Below the pieces are notes generated by a model. The model saw only the letters and a list, made by a program, of their open reading frames with translations, was not told the origin of the DNA and made no database searches. A stretch of 64,000 nt of DNA, taken from the IMG/VR virus record IMGVR_UViG_3300032236_002285, positions 372,001 to 436,000 of that record; one strand, given 5' to 3'. This document shows positions 9,807-18,207 of the stretch, piece by piece. Within the stretch, counting starts at the first letter, position 1; every line of letters begins with the position of its first letter. Position numbers and translations under genes: made by a program.

Positions 9807-10085
9807 ATGGAATTGTATAACTATTATAGCCTTGATGAATGTCCAGAAAGAAAGGTTATTAAAAAAAGACTAACACAACTTCAAGATGAAGGTAGAATTG
9901 AATTTGAAATAGATGGTGATGTTCTTAAATTAACTGATTTGGATTTAGATGAAAATGAAGTTGCTGAATTAATTGAAATGTTTGATAAATATGATGCTTT
10001 TCCTTATCCAGATTATGAAGAAGGATTGGATGATGAAGAAGAGGATGACGACTACTACGATAATTACGATGAAGATGATTATTAA
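9807..10085 (+). CDS. Small, highly acidic protein
   Basis: D/E/Y-rich C-terminal tail. Confidence 0.7.
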   Translation: MELYNYYSLDECPERKVIKKRLTQLQDEGRIEFEIDGDVLKLTDLDLDENEVAELIEMFDKYDAFPYPDYEEGLDDEEEDDDYYDNYDEDDY

Positions 10086-10097
10086 TACTTAATAAAA

Positions 10098-10682
10098 ATG
10101 ATTAAAATAGGAATTACGGGAGAAATGGGAAGCGGGAAAACCTTCTGTTCTAAGATATTTGAACAATTGGGAGTTCCTGTTTTTTATTCTGATGATATTT
10201 CAAAGTCTATAGTAAATACAAACAAAGCTTTGAAGCAAGAACTAACTCAAGAGTTTGGTAATATTTATGATGAAAATTCAATGATAGTTCCAAAACTACT
10301 AAGAGATATTGTATTTGTTAAAGGTGGTGAGCAAAAGCTAAAAATGTTGAATAAAATAATTCATCCTTATGTATTTAATGAATTTGAATTGTTCTGTAAT
10401 AAAAACTCTAGCAGTCCTTATATTATTGCTGAAACCGCACTTCTTTATGAAAGTAACATGAGAAGATATGTTGATAAAGTTATTTATGTTTGTGTAGAAG
10501 AGCAAACAAGAATCCAAAGAACATTCAAAAGAAGTGGTTATTCTGAACAAGAATATAAAGAAAGAATGAAATATCAGATTAATCCAGAAACAAAGAAAAA
10601 ACTATCAAATTTCATTATTTATAATAATGATGGTGATGATGTTAATAAACAAATTTTAGAAATACATAATACTTTAAAATAA
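10098..10682 (+). CDS. coaE: Dephospho-CoA kinase
   Basis: IGITGEMGSGKT Walker A; LNKIIHPYV, ETALLYE, IIYNN. Confidence 0.9.
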   Translation: MIKIGITGEMGSGKTFCSKIFEQLGVPVFYSDDISKSIVNTNKALKQELTQEFGNIYDENSMIVPKLLRDIVFVKGGEQKLKMLNKIIHPYVFNEFELFCNKNSSSPYIIAETALLYESNMRRYVDKVIYVCVEEQTRIQRTFKRSGYSEQEYKERMKYQINPETKKKLSNFIIYNNDGDDVNKQILEIHNTLK

Positions 10683-10714
10683 AAAAGACCAATCATTGAT
10701 TGGTCTTTTTTTTT
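10681..10714. terminator. Bidirectional terminator between convergent coaE and pit
   Basis: aaaaaagaccaatca-t-tgattggtctttttt. Confidence 0.85.
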
Positions 10715-10724
10715 ATTTTTAATA

Positions 10725-11786
10725 CTATCCAAATATATATCTAAATAGTAGGAATAATCCACCAGACATTACAATAGTGACAGGTAATGTTAATAACCAA
10801 GCAGATAATATAGTTTTGATTGTGTTTGTTTTTAAGTTAGTAACACCTTTGGAAGCCACCATTGAGCCAGCAATACCTGAACTTAAAATATGAGTTGTTG
10901 AAACTGGTAATTTAAACCAAGTAGATAAACCAATTGTTATAGCACCAACCAATTCAGCGGAAGCTCCTTGAGCATATGTTAGATGTGTTTTACCAATTTT
11001 CTCACCAATTGTAACAACAATTCTTTTCCAACCAATCATTGTTCCAAGACCAAGTGAAGCAGCAACCATCCACATAACCCAAGTTGGTGGGTGTGAAATC
11101 GTATCTAATGTATAAGCCGCAGGTAAGAAAGCCATTAGAATAATCATCACCAAGCCTATTCCTTTTTGTCCATCATTTCTACCGTGAAAGAATGATACTA
11201 AAGATGATGTTGTGAATAAAGTGGCTCTAATCCAAAACGGAGGTGGATTAACACCATCCGGTTCTTCAAATACATCTTTTCTTTTAACTACTTTTCTCAA
11301 GAACCACATTAGGAAGATAACTAAGCTGAAACCTAAAAGTGGTGATAAAACTAATGCTTTACCTATATCAATTGCTTTACCCCAATTAACTACATCAATA
11401 CCAGAATATAATGAGTAACCAACACCAACACCAAGTATTGAACCTATAAGAGTGTGAGATGATGAGGCGGGAATACCTTTATACCATGTGATTAGATTCC
11501 AGAAGATAGCAGTTGTGAGTAGAGCTGTAACCATCTGAATAACATGAGATGTGTTAGCATCTGTTAAAATTTCCTTTGGTATAAGACCAACGATTGCCAT
11601 TGTAACACCAACGCCACCAGTTATCAGACCTAGAAAGTTCATAAGACCTGACCAAACAACGGCTGTTGTTGGTTTAAGAGATTTTGTATAAATTACCGTT
11701 GCTACGGCATTTGCTGTGTCGTGAAATCCATTAACGAATTCATAAGCACAGGCTAATAATAGAAATAATACTAATAAGAATGTCAT
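10725..11786 (-). CDS. pit: Inorganic phosphate transporter, PiT family
   Basis: NGFHDTANAVAT, GIPASSSHTLIG, HGRNDGQK, LPVSTTH; many transmembrane segments. Confidence 0.92.
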   Translation of the reverse strand: MTFLLVLFLLLACAYEFVNGFHDTANAVATVIYTKSLKPTTAVVWSGLMNFLGLITGGVGVTMAIVGLIPKEILTDANTSHVIQMVTALLTTAIFWNLITWYKGIPASSSHTLIGSILGVGVGYSLYSGIDVVNWGKAIDIGKALVLSPLLGFSLVIFLMWFLRKVVKRKDVFEEPDGVNPPPFWIRATLFTTSSLVSFFHGRNDGQKGIGLVMIILMAFLPAAYTLDTISHPPTWVMWMVAASLGLGTMIGWKRIVVTIGEKIGKTHLTYAQGASAELVGAITIGLSTWFKLPVSTTHILSSGIAGSMVASKGVTNLKTNTIKTILSAWLLTLPVTIVMSGGLFLLFRYIFG

Positions 11787-11798
11787 AATTTATTGTTT

Positions 11799-12638
11799 TT
11801 ATTTTTTAGTGAAAATTTTATTAAAGTTTTCAAATATAATGTATGCTTGTAAGATATTATTTTTTTCTAAATAATCAATAGTACCATATCTATTAGCATA
11901 TTGTAGACCATAACCTAACTCGAATCTCATAGGAACAGACATTTTTGGTTTATAACCTAATAAACAGAATGTTCTATTTTGGTCCCAAATTTTATTATCA
12001 GCTACATTCTTACCAACTGAGATAAACATCTCATTCCAAGTAGTTATATAAAATGTATTATCTTCTAACTTTTTATGATTTAGAGGAACAATTGCTCTTA
12101 CAAAATATCTAATTCTTCCTTTTTGAGCACTTGGTAAGTAATCATCACCTAATGAATATCCTAAACCCGTAGATGTATTATCAACCTTGTTACCCATAAA
12201 TCTATATTCAAATCTATACCTTTGATCAATAATAACTCTACCGATCTTATTACTTAATGTTACTTGAGGACATATTCTAAACTCTGGTTGGATCTTTGGC
12301 TTTCCACCACCTTCTAAAGAAGATGTATAAGTTTCCCAGAATCCAATAGGAGAAAGAGAAAATCTAACATTATCATTTAATTGATAATGAACCCATGGTC
12401 TATAAACATGTTGATATGGGTTCTCAAATATGTTTTTTGAAGTAGATAGATTACTTGGATCAGAACATCTGCGATATTGATAATCTAATTGCCACTTCCA
12501 TTTGTTTTTGATACTACCATTGATAACCGTCTCTGTCCAAAAAGAGTAACGATTAAATGATTGTCTTGTACTTTGTGCGTTTGATGCTATTGAAATTAAC
12601 AATAAAGCAACAACTAATAGTTTTTTCATTTTTTTCAT
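11799..12638 (-). CDS. DUF2490-like outer-membrane beta-barrel protein
   Basis: Signal peptide MKKLLVVALLLISIASNAQ; DYQYRR, RYRFEYRF, NEMFI, WDQNR and ELGY strand motifs. Confidence 0.75.
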   Translation of the reverse strand: MKKMKKLLVVALLLISIASNAQSTRQSFNRYSFWTETVINGSIKNKWKWQLDYQYRRCSDPSNLSTSKNIFENPYQHVYRPWVHYQLNDNVRFSLSPIGFWETYTSSLEGGGKPKIQPEFRICPQVTLSNKIGRVIIDQRYRFEYRFMGNKVDNTSTGLGYSLGDDYLPSAQKGRIRYFVRAIVPLNHKKLEDNTFYITTWNEMFISVGKNVADNKIWDQNRTFCLLGYKPKMSVPMRFELGYGLQYANRYGTIDYLEKNNILQAYIIFENFNKIFTKK

Positions 12639-12696
12639 TTTTATTTTTATAATCTATATATGATGTGTATTATTTACTATTTTATAAAAAAATCAG

Positions 12697-12767
12697 TTAA
12701 CAATTTGATAACTATTAATTAATATCGATATCTATTGAGTTTCACTCTATTATTATCAAATTGTTAA
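12697..12767. promoter_or_regulatory. 15-bp perfect inverted repeat upstream of the DUF2490-pit operon
   Basis: ttaacaatttgataa at 12697-12711 and ttatcaaattgttaa at 12753-12767. Confidence 0.6.
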
Positions 12768-12798
12768 GTTTATTTGTTATAGAAATTATTATCATAAA

Positions 12799-12830
12799 TT
12801 TGTCTAATTGAAAAATCTTTCGTATCTTTG
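12799..12830 (+). promoter_or_regulatory. Bacteroidota sigma70-type promoter (putative early)
   Basis: TTTG-N20-TATCTTTG. Confidence 0.8.
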
Positions 12831-12889
12831 TATTCACAAAGGACGGGAACTAAGTAAGAGAAAAATAAAATAAAAAATCTCTTAAAAAT

Positions 12890-12920
12890 TTTGACAGAAT
12901 AAAAAAGTTCCTTATCTTTG
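12890..12920 (+). promoter_or_regulatory. Bacteroidota sigma70-type promoter (putative early)
   Basis: TTTG-N19-TATCTTTG. Confidence 0.8.
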
Positions 12921-12964
12921 TATAACAAATCAGATAAATAACCACTACTAAAAATAAAAATATT

Positions 12965-13588
12965 ATGGCTACAAACTTATTCGCAAAAGCTAAAAAATCA
13001 GCACCAGCTAAAACAACTAAAGCTAAAGACCAGAAGGTTCGTCTTACCGTTGAAGACGCTAACTTCTTCGCTAATGTTCAAAAACTTGAAGAATTGAACG
13101 ACCAGATGAAAGCTGCTAAAGCTAAAGCTGATATGATTTCTGATGAAATTCGTGATGTGGCTAAAGAAGCTTGGCTTAAACAATACGAAACAACTGGTAA
13201 AAACCCTGAGTCAGTTATGGTTTGCCAAGAAAGTGGCTTAGATGTGGCTCAACTTATGTTTGTACCTACTGACAAGTATATTACAATCACTGAAGCTCGT
13301 GCTGAAGAACTTCGTGAAGCATATGGTGATGAAATCGTTACAGAAGATACAACTTTTGGATTCGATGCCACTATGATTGAAAAATATGGAGAAATTCTTT
13401 CTCGCCTTATTGAAGAATCTAATGAGATTGATGAAAAAGATAAGGAAAAAATTATCACTGCTAAAACTTCATACTCTGTTGCTAAAGGTACTATTGATAA
13501 CTTTACTAAGTATGGTGATGTAAACGAAGTGATGGATGCTGTAAAACCAGTAGTAGCACTTAAAAACGTAGAAATTATCAAAGGATAA
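12965..13588 (+). CDS. Hypothetical protein, probably early and highly expressed
   Basis: Two tandem host-type promoters upstream; GCT/CGT/AAC-biased codons. Confidence 0.8.
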   Translation: MATNLFAKAKKSAPAKTTKAKDQKVRLTVEDANFFANVQKLEELNDQMKAAKAKADMISDEIRDVAKEAWLKQYETTGKNPESVMVCQESGLDVAQLMFVPTDKYITITEARAEELREAYGDEIVTEDTTFGFDATMIEKYGEILSRLIEESNEIDEKDKEKIITAKTSYSVAKGTIDNFTKYGDVNEVMDAVKPVVALKNVEIIKG

Positions 13589-13635
13589 TAAACTTTATGA
13601 AAGTGAGAGAATATACATCTTTCACTTTCAAACCT

Positions 13636-13721
13636 GGCCGGGTGGTGGAACTGGTAGACACGCAGGACTTAAAATCCTGTGGACCGAAAGGTCCGTGCGG
13701 GTTCGATTCCCGCCCCGGCTA
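13636..13721 (+). tRNA. tRNA-Leu(TAA), CCA not encoded
   Basis: Acceptor stem GGCCGGG/CCCGGCT; anticodon arm CAGGA-CTTAAAA-TCCTG; long variable arm; GGTTCGATT T-loop; followed by CAA. Confidence 0.95.
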
Positions 13722-13734
13722 CAAAAAAATATAT

Positions 13735-13806
13735 GGTTCCATCGTTCAAAGGATAGGACATCTGCCTTCTAAGCAGAGAATCTAGGTTCGATTCCTAGTG
13801 GGACTA
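13735..13806 (+). tRNA. tRNA-Arg(TCT), CCA not encoded
   Basis: Acceptor stem GGTTCCA/TGGGACT; anticodon arm TCTGC-CTTCTAA-GCAGA; followed by CTA. Confidence 0.95.
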
Positions 13807-13810
13807 CTAA

Positions 13811-13840
13811 AAAAAAGAGACACTTAAAGTGTCTCTTTTT
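13811..13840. terminator. Bidirectional terminator
   Basis: aaaaagagacactt-a-aagtgtctcttttt. Confidence 0.8.
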
Positions 13841-14360
13841 CTTTTATTTCATGGTGTATCTCTCTGTGACAATTAGCACAAACTAATATACACTTATCCA
13901 ATTCATTTTTTATTCTATCATCAAACTTATACTTCTTTAGATTTGATGGATTGAAATCTTTCTCATTTGGATCTAAATGATGAAAATCTAAAGCACCTTG
14001 GTACTTATTATACCCACATCTTGAACAACAACCACCTTTATAATCTATCATTTGAGATTTAATTTTTCTATTTCTTTCCATAGTTTGCTCGGTTGTACAA
14101 CTTTTACAATATGTTGCGCTATTTGCCTTACCTCTTCTCTGATGAAAGTTTTCAGTTTTAACATCACACTTACATCTTGGACAAAATCTTGTTTCACCAT
14201 ATTCGGTCTTTTCTAAAAATTTAAATGTTTTATAAGATGATTTTAATGAATACTTATCTTTCCAGTATCTAATAGTTGTTAATGACTTCCCAGTTAGTTT
14301 ACAAATTTTATTTAACGAAAGACCCTCTTGTAGGTATTTTTCTAATACTTCTTTTTCCAT
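13824..14360 (-). mobile_element. HNH homing endonuclease with an N-terminal HTH and Zn fingers, inserted in the tRNA region
   Basis: CSRCGY..ALDFHHLDP...CILVCANCHREIH; N-terminal GLSLNKICKLTGKSLTTIRYW; antisense to its neighbours; TAATATATA box at 14398-14406 (-). Confidence 0.85.
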
Positions 14361-14425
14361 AGTTTAGTGTATTTTATTTTTATTTTATCCTTTTAACTAT
14401 ATATTAAAAAATATTTTTCCTTTTT

Positions 14426-14457
14426 CTTGTTTTATAAACTTTCTCGCTTTATATTTG
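14426..14457 (+). promoter_or_regulatory. Bacteroidota sigma70-type promoter
   Basis: CTTG-N20-TATATTTG. Confidence 0.65.
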
Positions 14458-14485
14458 TAAAACAATTCAGAACAATAAAAGAAAT

Positions 14486-14752
14486 ATGAAACGAATTAAT
14501 TTAGTATTACTTTTTGGTGCTATGCTTGTTTTTAGCTTAGGTTATATGACATCCCGTGTTATGTACACACCAGATAACTATACTAGAGTTATGTTTGAGA
14601 ATGACTCATTGAGGTTTACTAATCTTCAAAAAGATAGTACCATCTTTGAAATCTCAGAAGAAAAGTTATACTTCTCAACTCAGCTTGATGAAATGTATGA
14701 TGAGCTTGAATTTAAAAATAAAGAAATTGATTCATTGAGTAAAAAAAAGTAA
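14486..14752 (+). CDS. Small membrane-anchored coiled-coil protein
   Basis: N-terminal hydrophobic segment followed by a charged helical region. Confidence 0.7.
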   Translation: MKRINLVLLFGAMLVFSLGYMTSRVMYTPDNYTRVMFENDSLRFTNLQKDSTIFEISEEKLYFSTQLDEMYDELEFKNKEIDSLSKKK

Positions 14753-14823
14753 GTGTGCCTCGTCAAGCCTCTTGTCTTGAACAACGTAACGAGTGGGGAA
14801 GGTTAACACTGACGCACCCAATC

Positions 14824-14897
14824 GGTCCCTTAGCTCAGTTGGTTAGAGCAACTCGCTCATAACGAGAAGGTCGGTGGTTCGAGCCCGCCAGGGACCA
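14824..14897 (+). tRNA. tRNA with CAT anticodon, probably Ile2 (lysidine type), CCA not encoded
   Basis: Acceptor stem GGTCCCT/AGGGACC and TAGCTCAG..GGTTAGAGCA resemble ileX-type tRNAs; loop CTCATAA; followed by CAA. Confidence 0.9.
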
Positions 14898-14916
14898 CAA
14901 AAAAAAAGAGTTAACT

Positions 14917-15099
14917 ATGGATTTCATGTTTACAAAAGAACAGATTGATATTTTGAAGCAACTACAAAAAAAATATCCAAATGATATGGAGTATGGTGCT
15001 TCTATAAGGTCGAAATTTATAGATGAATCTTTTACAAGAGCAATTCCAAATGATATGGAACTTGGAAAAGAATTCAGAAAAATATTTCAAAATTTATAA
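14917..15099 (+). CDS. Small protein with a duplicated PNDMExGxxxR motif
   Basis: PNDMEYGASIR and PNDMELGKEFR. Confidence 0.7.
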   Translation: MDFMFTKEQIDILKQLQKKYPNDMEYGASIRSKFIDESFTRAIPNDMELGKEFRKIFQNL

Positions 15100-15106
15100 A
15101 ATAAAT

Positions 15107-15137
15107 TTTGTTAGTTCAAAAAAAGTTACTACATTTG
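15107..15137 (+). promoter_or_regulatory. Bacteroidota sigma70-type promoter
   Basis: TTTG-N19-TACATTTG. Confidence 0.8.
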
Positions 15138-15167
15138 TATAAATAATTAAAAACAAAAAAATCAGAT

Positions 15168-16301
15168 ATGGCTGAAATGACTAAATCTACAATGCCTCAA
15201 TCAATGGTTGAGAATCTTTCAAAGTTAACTGCGAAAGAACGTAAATACTTTGCCGTGATGTGGGCTAAGTATGGTGTATTAAACATTACATCTAAACCCG
15301 GTGTTGCGAAGTCTGCTATTGGTAAATCAATTGCCGATAAAATGAACTTCCGTTATATGGACTTACGTTTATCAATGGTTGACGAAACTGACGTAGGTTT
15401 GTACCCAGCTGTTAACGAAATTGAAGTTGATGGTAAAATGGTAAAATGTTTGGACTTCGTTGTTCCTCGTTGGGCAATTGAAGCTAACAAACAACCAACC
15501 ATCATTCACTTTGAAGAGTTGAACCGTGCTTCTCAGCAAGTTCGTAATGCCGCTCTTCAAATCTTACTTGAGCGTCAAATTGGTGTTGATTTCAAATTCA
15601 ACGATAATGTTTTGATGATGTCTTCTGGTAACTTAGGTGACGAAGACGGAACAGACGTTGAAGAATTTGACTCTGCTTTGAATAACCGTTTGGTTCACAT
15701 CAACCACACCTTGAGTGTAGAAGAATGGTTAGGTGACTTTGCTGTTGCTAATTGTCACAAGTTAATCACTTCTTTCATTAAAGCTCACCCAGAGCAAATG
15801 TATAAGTCAAGTGAGAACACTAAAGCTTACGCTACTCCACGTTCTTGGACTATGATGTCTAAGTTCATCACTGAAAACTTTGGTCAAGATGCTTCACCTC
15901 GTGATTTCTTACCTTTGTTGAAAGAAGTAGCAAGTGGTTACCTTGGTAACTCTGCTGTGAAGTTTGTTCAATACTGCGAAGATATGTTGAATATCTCTAT
16001 CAACGATGTAATCAACAACTACGATGGTATCAAGAAAGACCTTGAGAAATACAACCGTGATAAGAACTCTGAATTGATTCAATCATTGAAAGAGATTGAC
16101 ATCACCAAGTTGAATAAGAAACAACTTGACAACGTTGTAAAATTCTTGAACAACGTGGGTGACGATGAAAAGACAGCTTACTTGCTTTACATCTTAGATA
16201 ACATCGCAGATGTAACAAACCCAACCTTGAAAGCTTTCTTGCTTCAGTTCGAAGACCTTCTTCGCACTATCAAGAAAATCAACAAGCCTGGTAGTAAGTA
16301 A
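15168..16301 (+). CDS. MoxR/dynein-like AAA+ ATPase
   Basis: Variant Walker A SKPGVAKS; DLRLS; Walker B IIHFEELNRA; SGN; ALNNRL; TPRSW. Confidence 0.85.
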   Translation: MAEMTKSTMPQSMVENLSKLTAKERKYFAVMWAKYGVLNITSKPGVAKSAIGKSIADKMNFRYMDLRLSMVDETDVGLYPAVNEIEVDGKMVKCLDFVVPRWAIEANKQPTIIHFEELNRASQQVRNAALQILLERQIGVDFKFNDNVLMMSSGNLGDEDGTDVEEFDSALNNRLVHINHTLSVEEWLGDFAVANCHKLITSFIKAHPEQMYKSSENTKAYATPRSWTMMSKFITENFGQDASPRDFLPLLKEVASGYLGNSAVKFVQYCEDMLNISINDVINNYDGIKKDLEKYNRDKNSELIQSLKEIDITKLNKKQLDNVVKFLNNVGDDEKTAYLLYILDNIADVTNPTLKAFLLQFEDLLRTIKKINKPGSK

Positions 16302-16323
16302 TCGGAACAGCCAATCTGAATTC

Positions 16324-16358
16324 AAGGGGGTATCATGAACTTGATATCCCCTTTTTTT
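16324..16358 (+). terminator. Rho-independent terminator
   Basis: aagggggtatca...tgatatcccc followed by T7. Confidence 0.8.
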
Positions 16359-16359
16359 C

Positions 16360-16387
16360 TAAACAAAATATCCATATATAGATATAA
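16360..16387 (+). promoter_or_regulatory. TAAAC-N18-TATAA motif (putative middle promoter)
   Basis: The same spacing occurs at six gene-upstream sites. Confidence 0.65.
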
Positions 16388-16392
16388 CTAAT

Positions 16393-16650
16393 ATGGAAAT
16401 GTATCAAGTTCAACTGGTTCTAATTAACAAATTCGGTGAGTTCAAGGGCAAGCCTGCCGAAATCGATGAAGAAACATTACAGAGTTTGATTGAAATGTCT
16501 AAGACATTTTATATGAGCGGTGGATTTGAACTAACCTGCGAAGATAATAAATATGTTATATTCGCCCCTGAAATAGTAAAAGAATCTATTTTGGTAATAA
16601 ATAAAAAACTAATATCTGTTAACACAGAACAAGAAGAAGAAAATGTATAG
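16393..16650 (+). CDS. Hypothetical protein
   Basis: ORF directly after the promoter motif, coupled to the next gene. Confidence 0.7.
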   Translation: MEMYQVQLVLINKFGEFKGKPAEIDEETLQSLIEMSKTFYMSGGFELTCEDNKYVIFAPEIVKESILVINKKLISVNTEQEEENV

Positions 16651-17293
16651 AGCTAAATTCAAGAAGTTTGGTGGAGAATATATCCCAGACATCATACAAT
16701 ACTTAAAAGAAGCTATTGAAGCTGACCCAACGATCACTATTACCGTTGGTTGCGACTCTATTCAAAAGAGACGTAGAACCGTTTATGCTATAACTCTGAT
16801 GTTGTATAATCAAGACATTAGAAGAGGTGCGCATGTTGTTTTCTTCCGTGAGTCTTGTACTAAGATAAGAGATAATAACGAAAGACTTTACAAAGAAGCT
16901 CAATATCTACACGATGTTGCTACTTTTTTAGATAAGGAACTTTCTGACTTCTATGTTAGAAAAGACTTAACAGAAATTGAAAGAAAAAGATATAAGTTTC
17001 ACTTAGCAAAATGTAATGGTGAATACTCTGATATTCCGGTTCACTATGAAGATGGTGTTATGAAGGCTTTGAGTTTAAACCATGCTGATAATGTTGATTT
17101 CAGACTTGTTGATATTCATATTGATTTTAACCCATCAGAAGGAACAAAGAATGAAAGAGGTGTTAGTAAGAATAAATCTTATGCTTCTTATAAGTCTTAT
17201 GTACCTTGGTTAAGAGGTTTAGGTTTCAGAACCTGGGCTAAACCATCTGCTTTTGGTGCTACAACTGCTGCTGACCTTTTATTACAAGACTAA
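16643..17293 (+). CDS. RNase H-like YkuK (DUF458) family protein
   Basis: ITVGCDS, RLYKEA, IHIDFN, KPSAFGATTAAD. Confidence 0.75.
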   Translation: MYRAKFKKFGGEYIPDIIQYLKEAIEADPTITITVGCDSIQKRRRTVYAITLMLYNQDIRRGAHVVFFRESCTKIRDNNERLYKEAQYLHDVATFLDKELSDFYVRKDLTEIERKRYKFHLAKCNGEYSDIPVHYEDGVMKALSLNHADNVDFRLVDIHIDFNPSEGTKNERGVSKNKSYASYKSYVPWLRGLGFRTWAKPSAFGATTAADLLLQD

Positions 17294-17294
17294 T

Positions 17295-17603
17295 ATGTTC
17301 CAGATAAACTCAATGTTATTAATTAAGATGGGTTGGACAGAATACAAATGGGGTTATTCTAATAGCCCCTTTTTTGATGATCCAAATTTAGTTAAGTTTT
17401 ATATAAGAAAAGAAACTAAATACATTATTATAAAAGAAATTGAAAGAAAGAAACAAATATTAAAAAATTCATATAAATTTGTAGTTGGTGATAAAGAAAT
17501 TTATTTCAACTCAAATATGGAGTTATTAAAATTAGTTATTAATCACGAAGCTTGTAACGAAGAATATAAAAGACACTTTAAACTAAATAGAATATTAAAA
17601 TGA
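17295..17603 (+). CDS. C-tagged hypothetical protein
   Basis: Start moved to MFQ after the upstream stop; ends KRHFKLNRILK. Confidence 0.7.
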   Translation: MFQINSMLLIKMGWTEYKWGYSNSPFFDDPNLVKFYIRKETKYIIIKEIERKKQILKNSYKFVVGDKEIYFNSNMELLKLVINHEACNEEYKRHFKLNRILK

Positions 17604-18193
17604 AAAAAGAAGTAAAAATATTAGGCTTATCATATAGCCAATCAAACACTGGATCATATGTGGTTGTTCTTTCTGAGAAGAAAGGTAAACGTAAATTACC
17701 TATAGTAATCAAGCCATCTGATGCTCAACAAATCGCACTTAAAATTGAAGGTGTTAAATCACCAAGACCCTTAACACATGACTTATTTAAAAGTGTTGTT
17801 GAAGCTTACACTATCGATGTTCAAGAAGTTTATATCTATGCTATACTCGAAGGTGTTTTCTATACGAAGTTAATTACATCCAACGGTTTAGATGAAGTTG
17901 AGATTGAATGTACTGCGGGTGATGGTATTGCTCTTTCGATTGTATTTGATTGTCCTTTGTATGCTTCTAAAGAAGTTTTAGAAATGTCAGGTGTTTATAT
18001 AAACGATGATGGTTCTACAATGAGTAACTCTGAAGTCGAAGTTGAAGATGATGAAGACTATGTAGAAGAACCAAAAAGGGTTGTATCTATTGAGAATCTA
18101 CAACATATGATGGAAGAAGCGCTTCGTAACGAAGAATATGAAATTGCGGCTGAAATCCGTGATAGAATTGCTAAGATGAAAGAGCAACAATAA
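17600..18193 (+). CDS. Bifunctional nuclease (DUF151) with a C-terminal UVR domain
   Basis: RKLPIVI, PRPLTHDL, EGVFY, and EEYEIAAEIRD. Confidence 0.88.
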   Translation: MKKEVKILGLSYSQSNTGSYVVVLSEKKGKRKLPIVIKPSDAQQIALKIEGVKSPRPLTHDLFKSVVEAYTIDVQEVYIYAILEGVFYTKLITSNGLDEVEIECTAGDGIALSIVFDCPLYASKEVLEMSGVYINDDGSTMSNSEVEVEDDEDYVEEPKRVVSIENLQHMMEEALRNEEYEIAAEIRDRIAKMKEQQ

Positions 18194-18207
18194 AATAAAG
18201 ATTAATA

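Noticed and set aside
13597-13785. 62-aa ORF in the track
   Set aside because: It overlaps tRNA-Leu and tRNA-Arg and is a translation of tRNA sequence.
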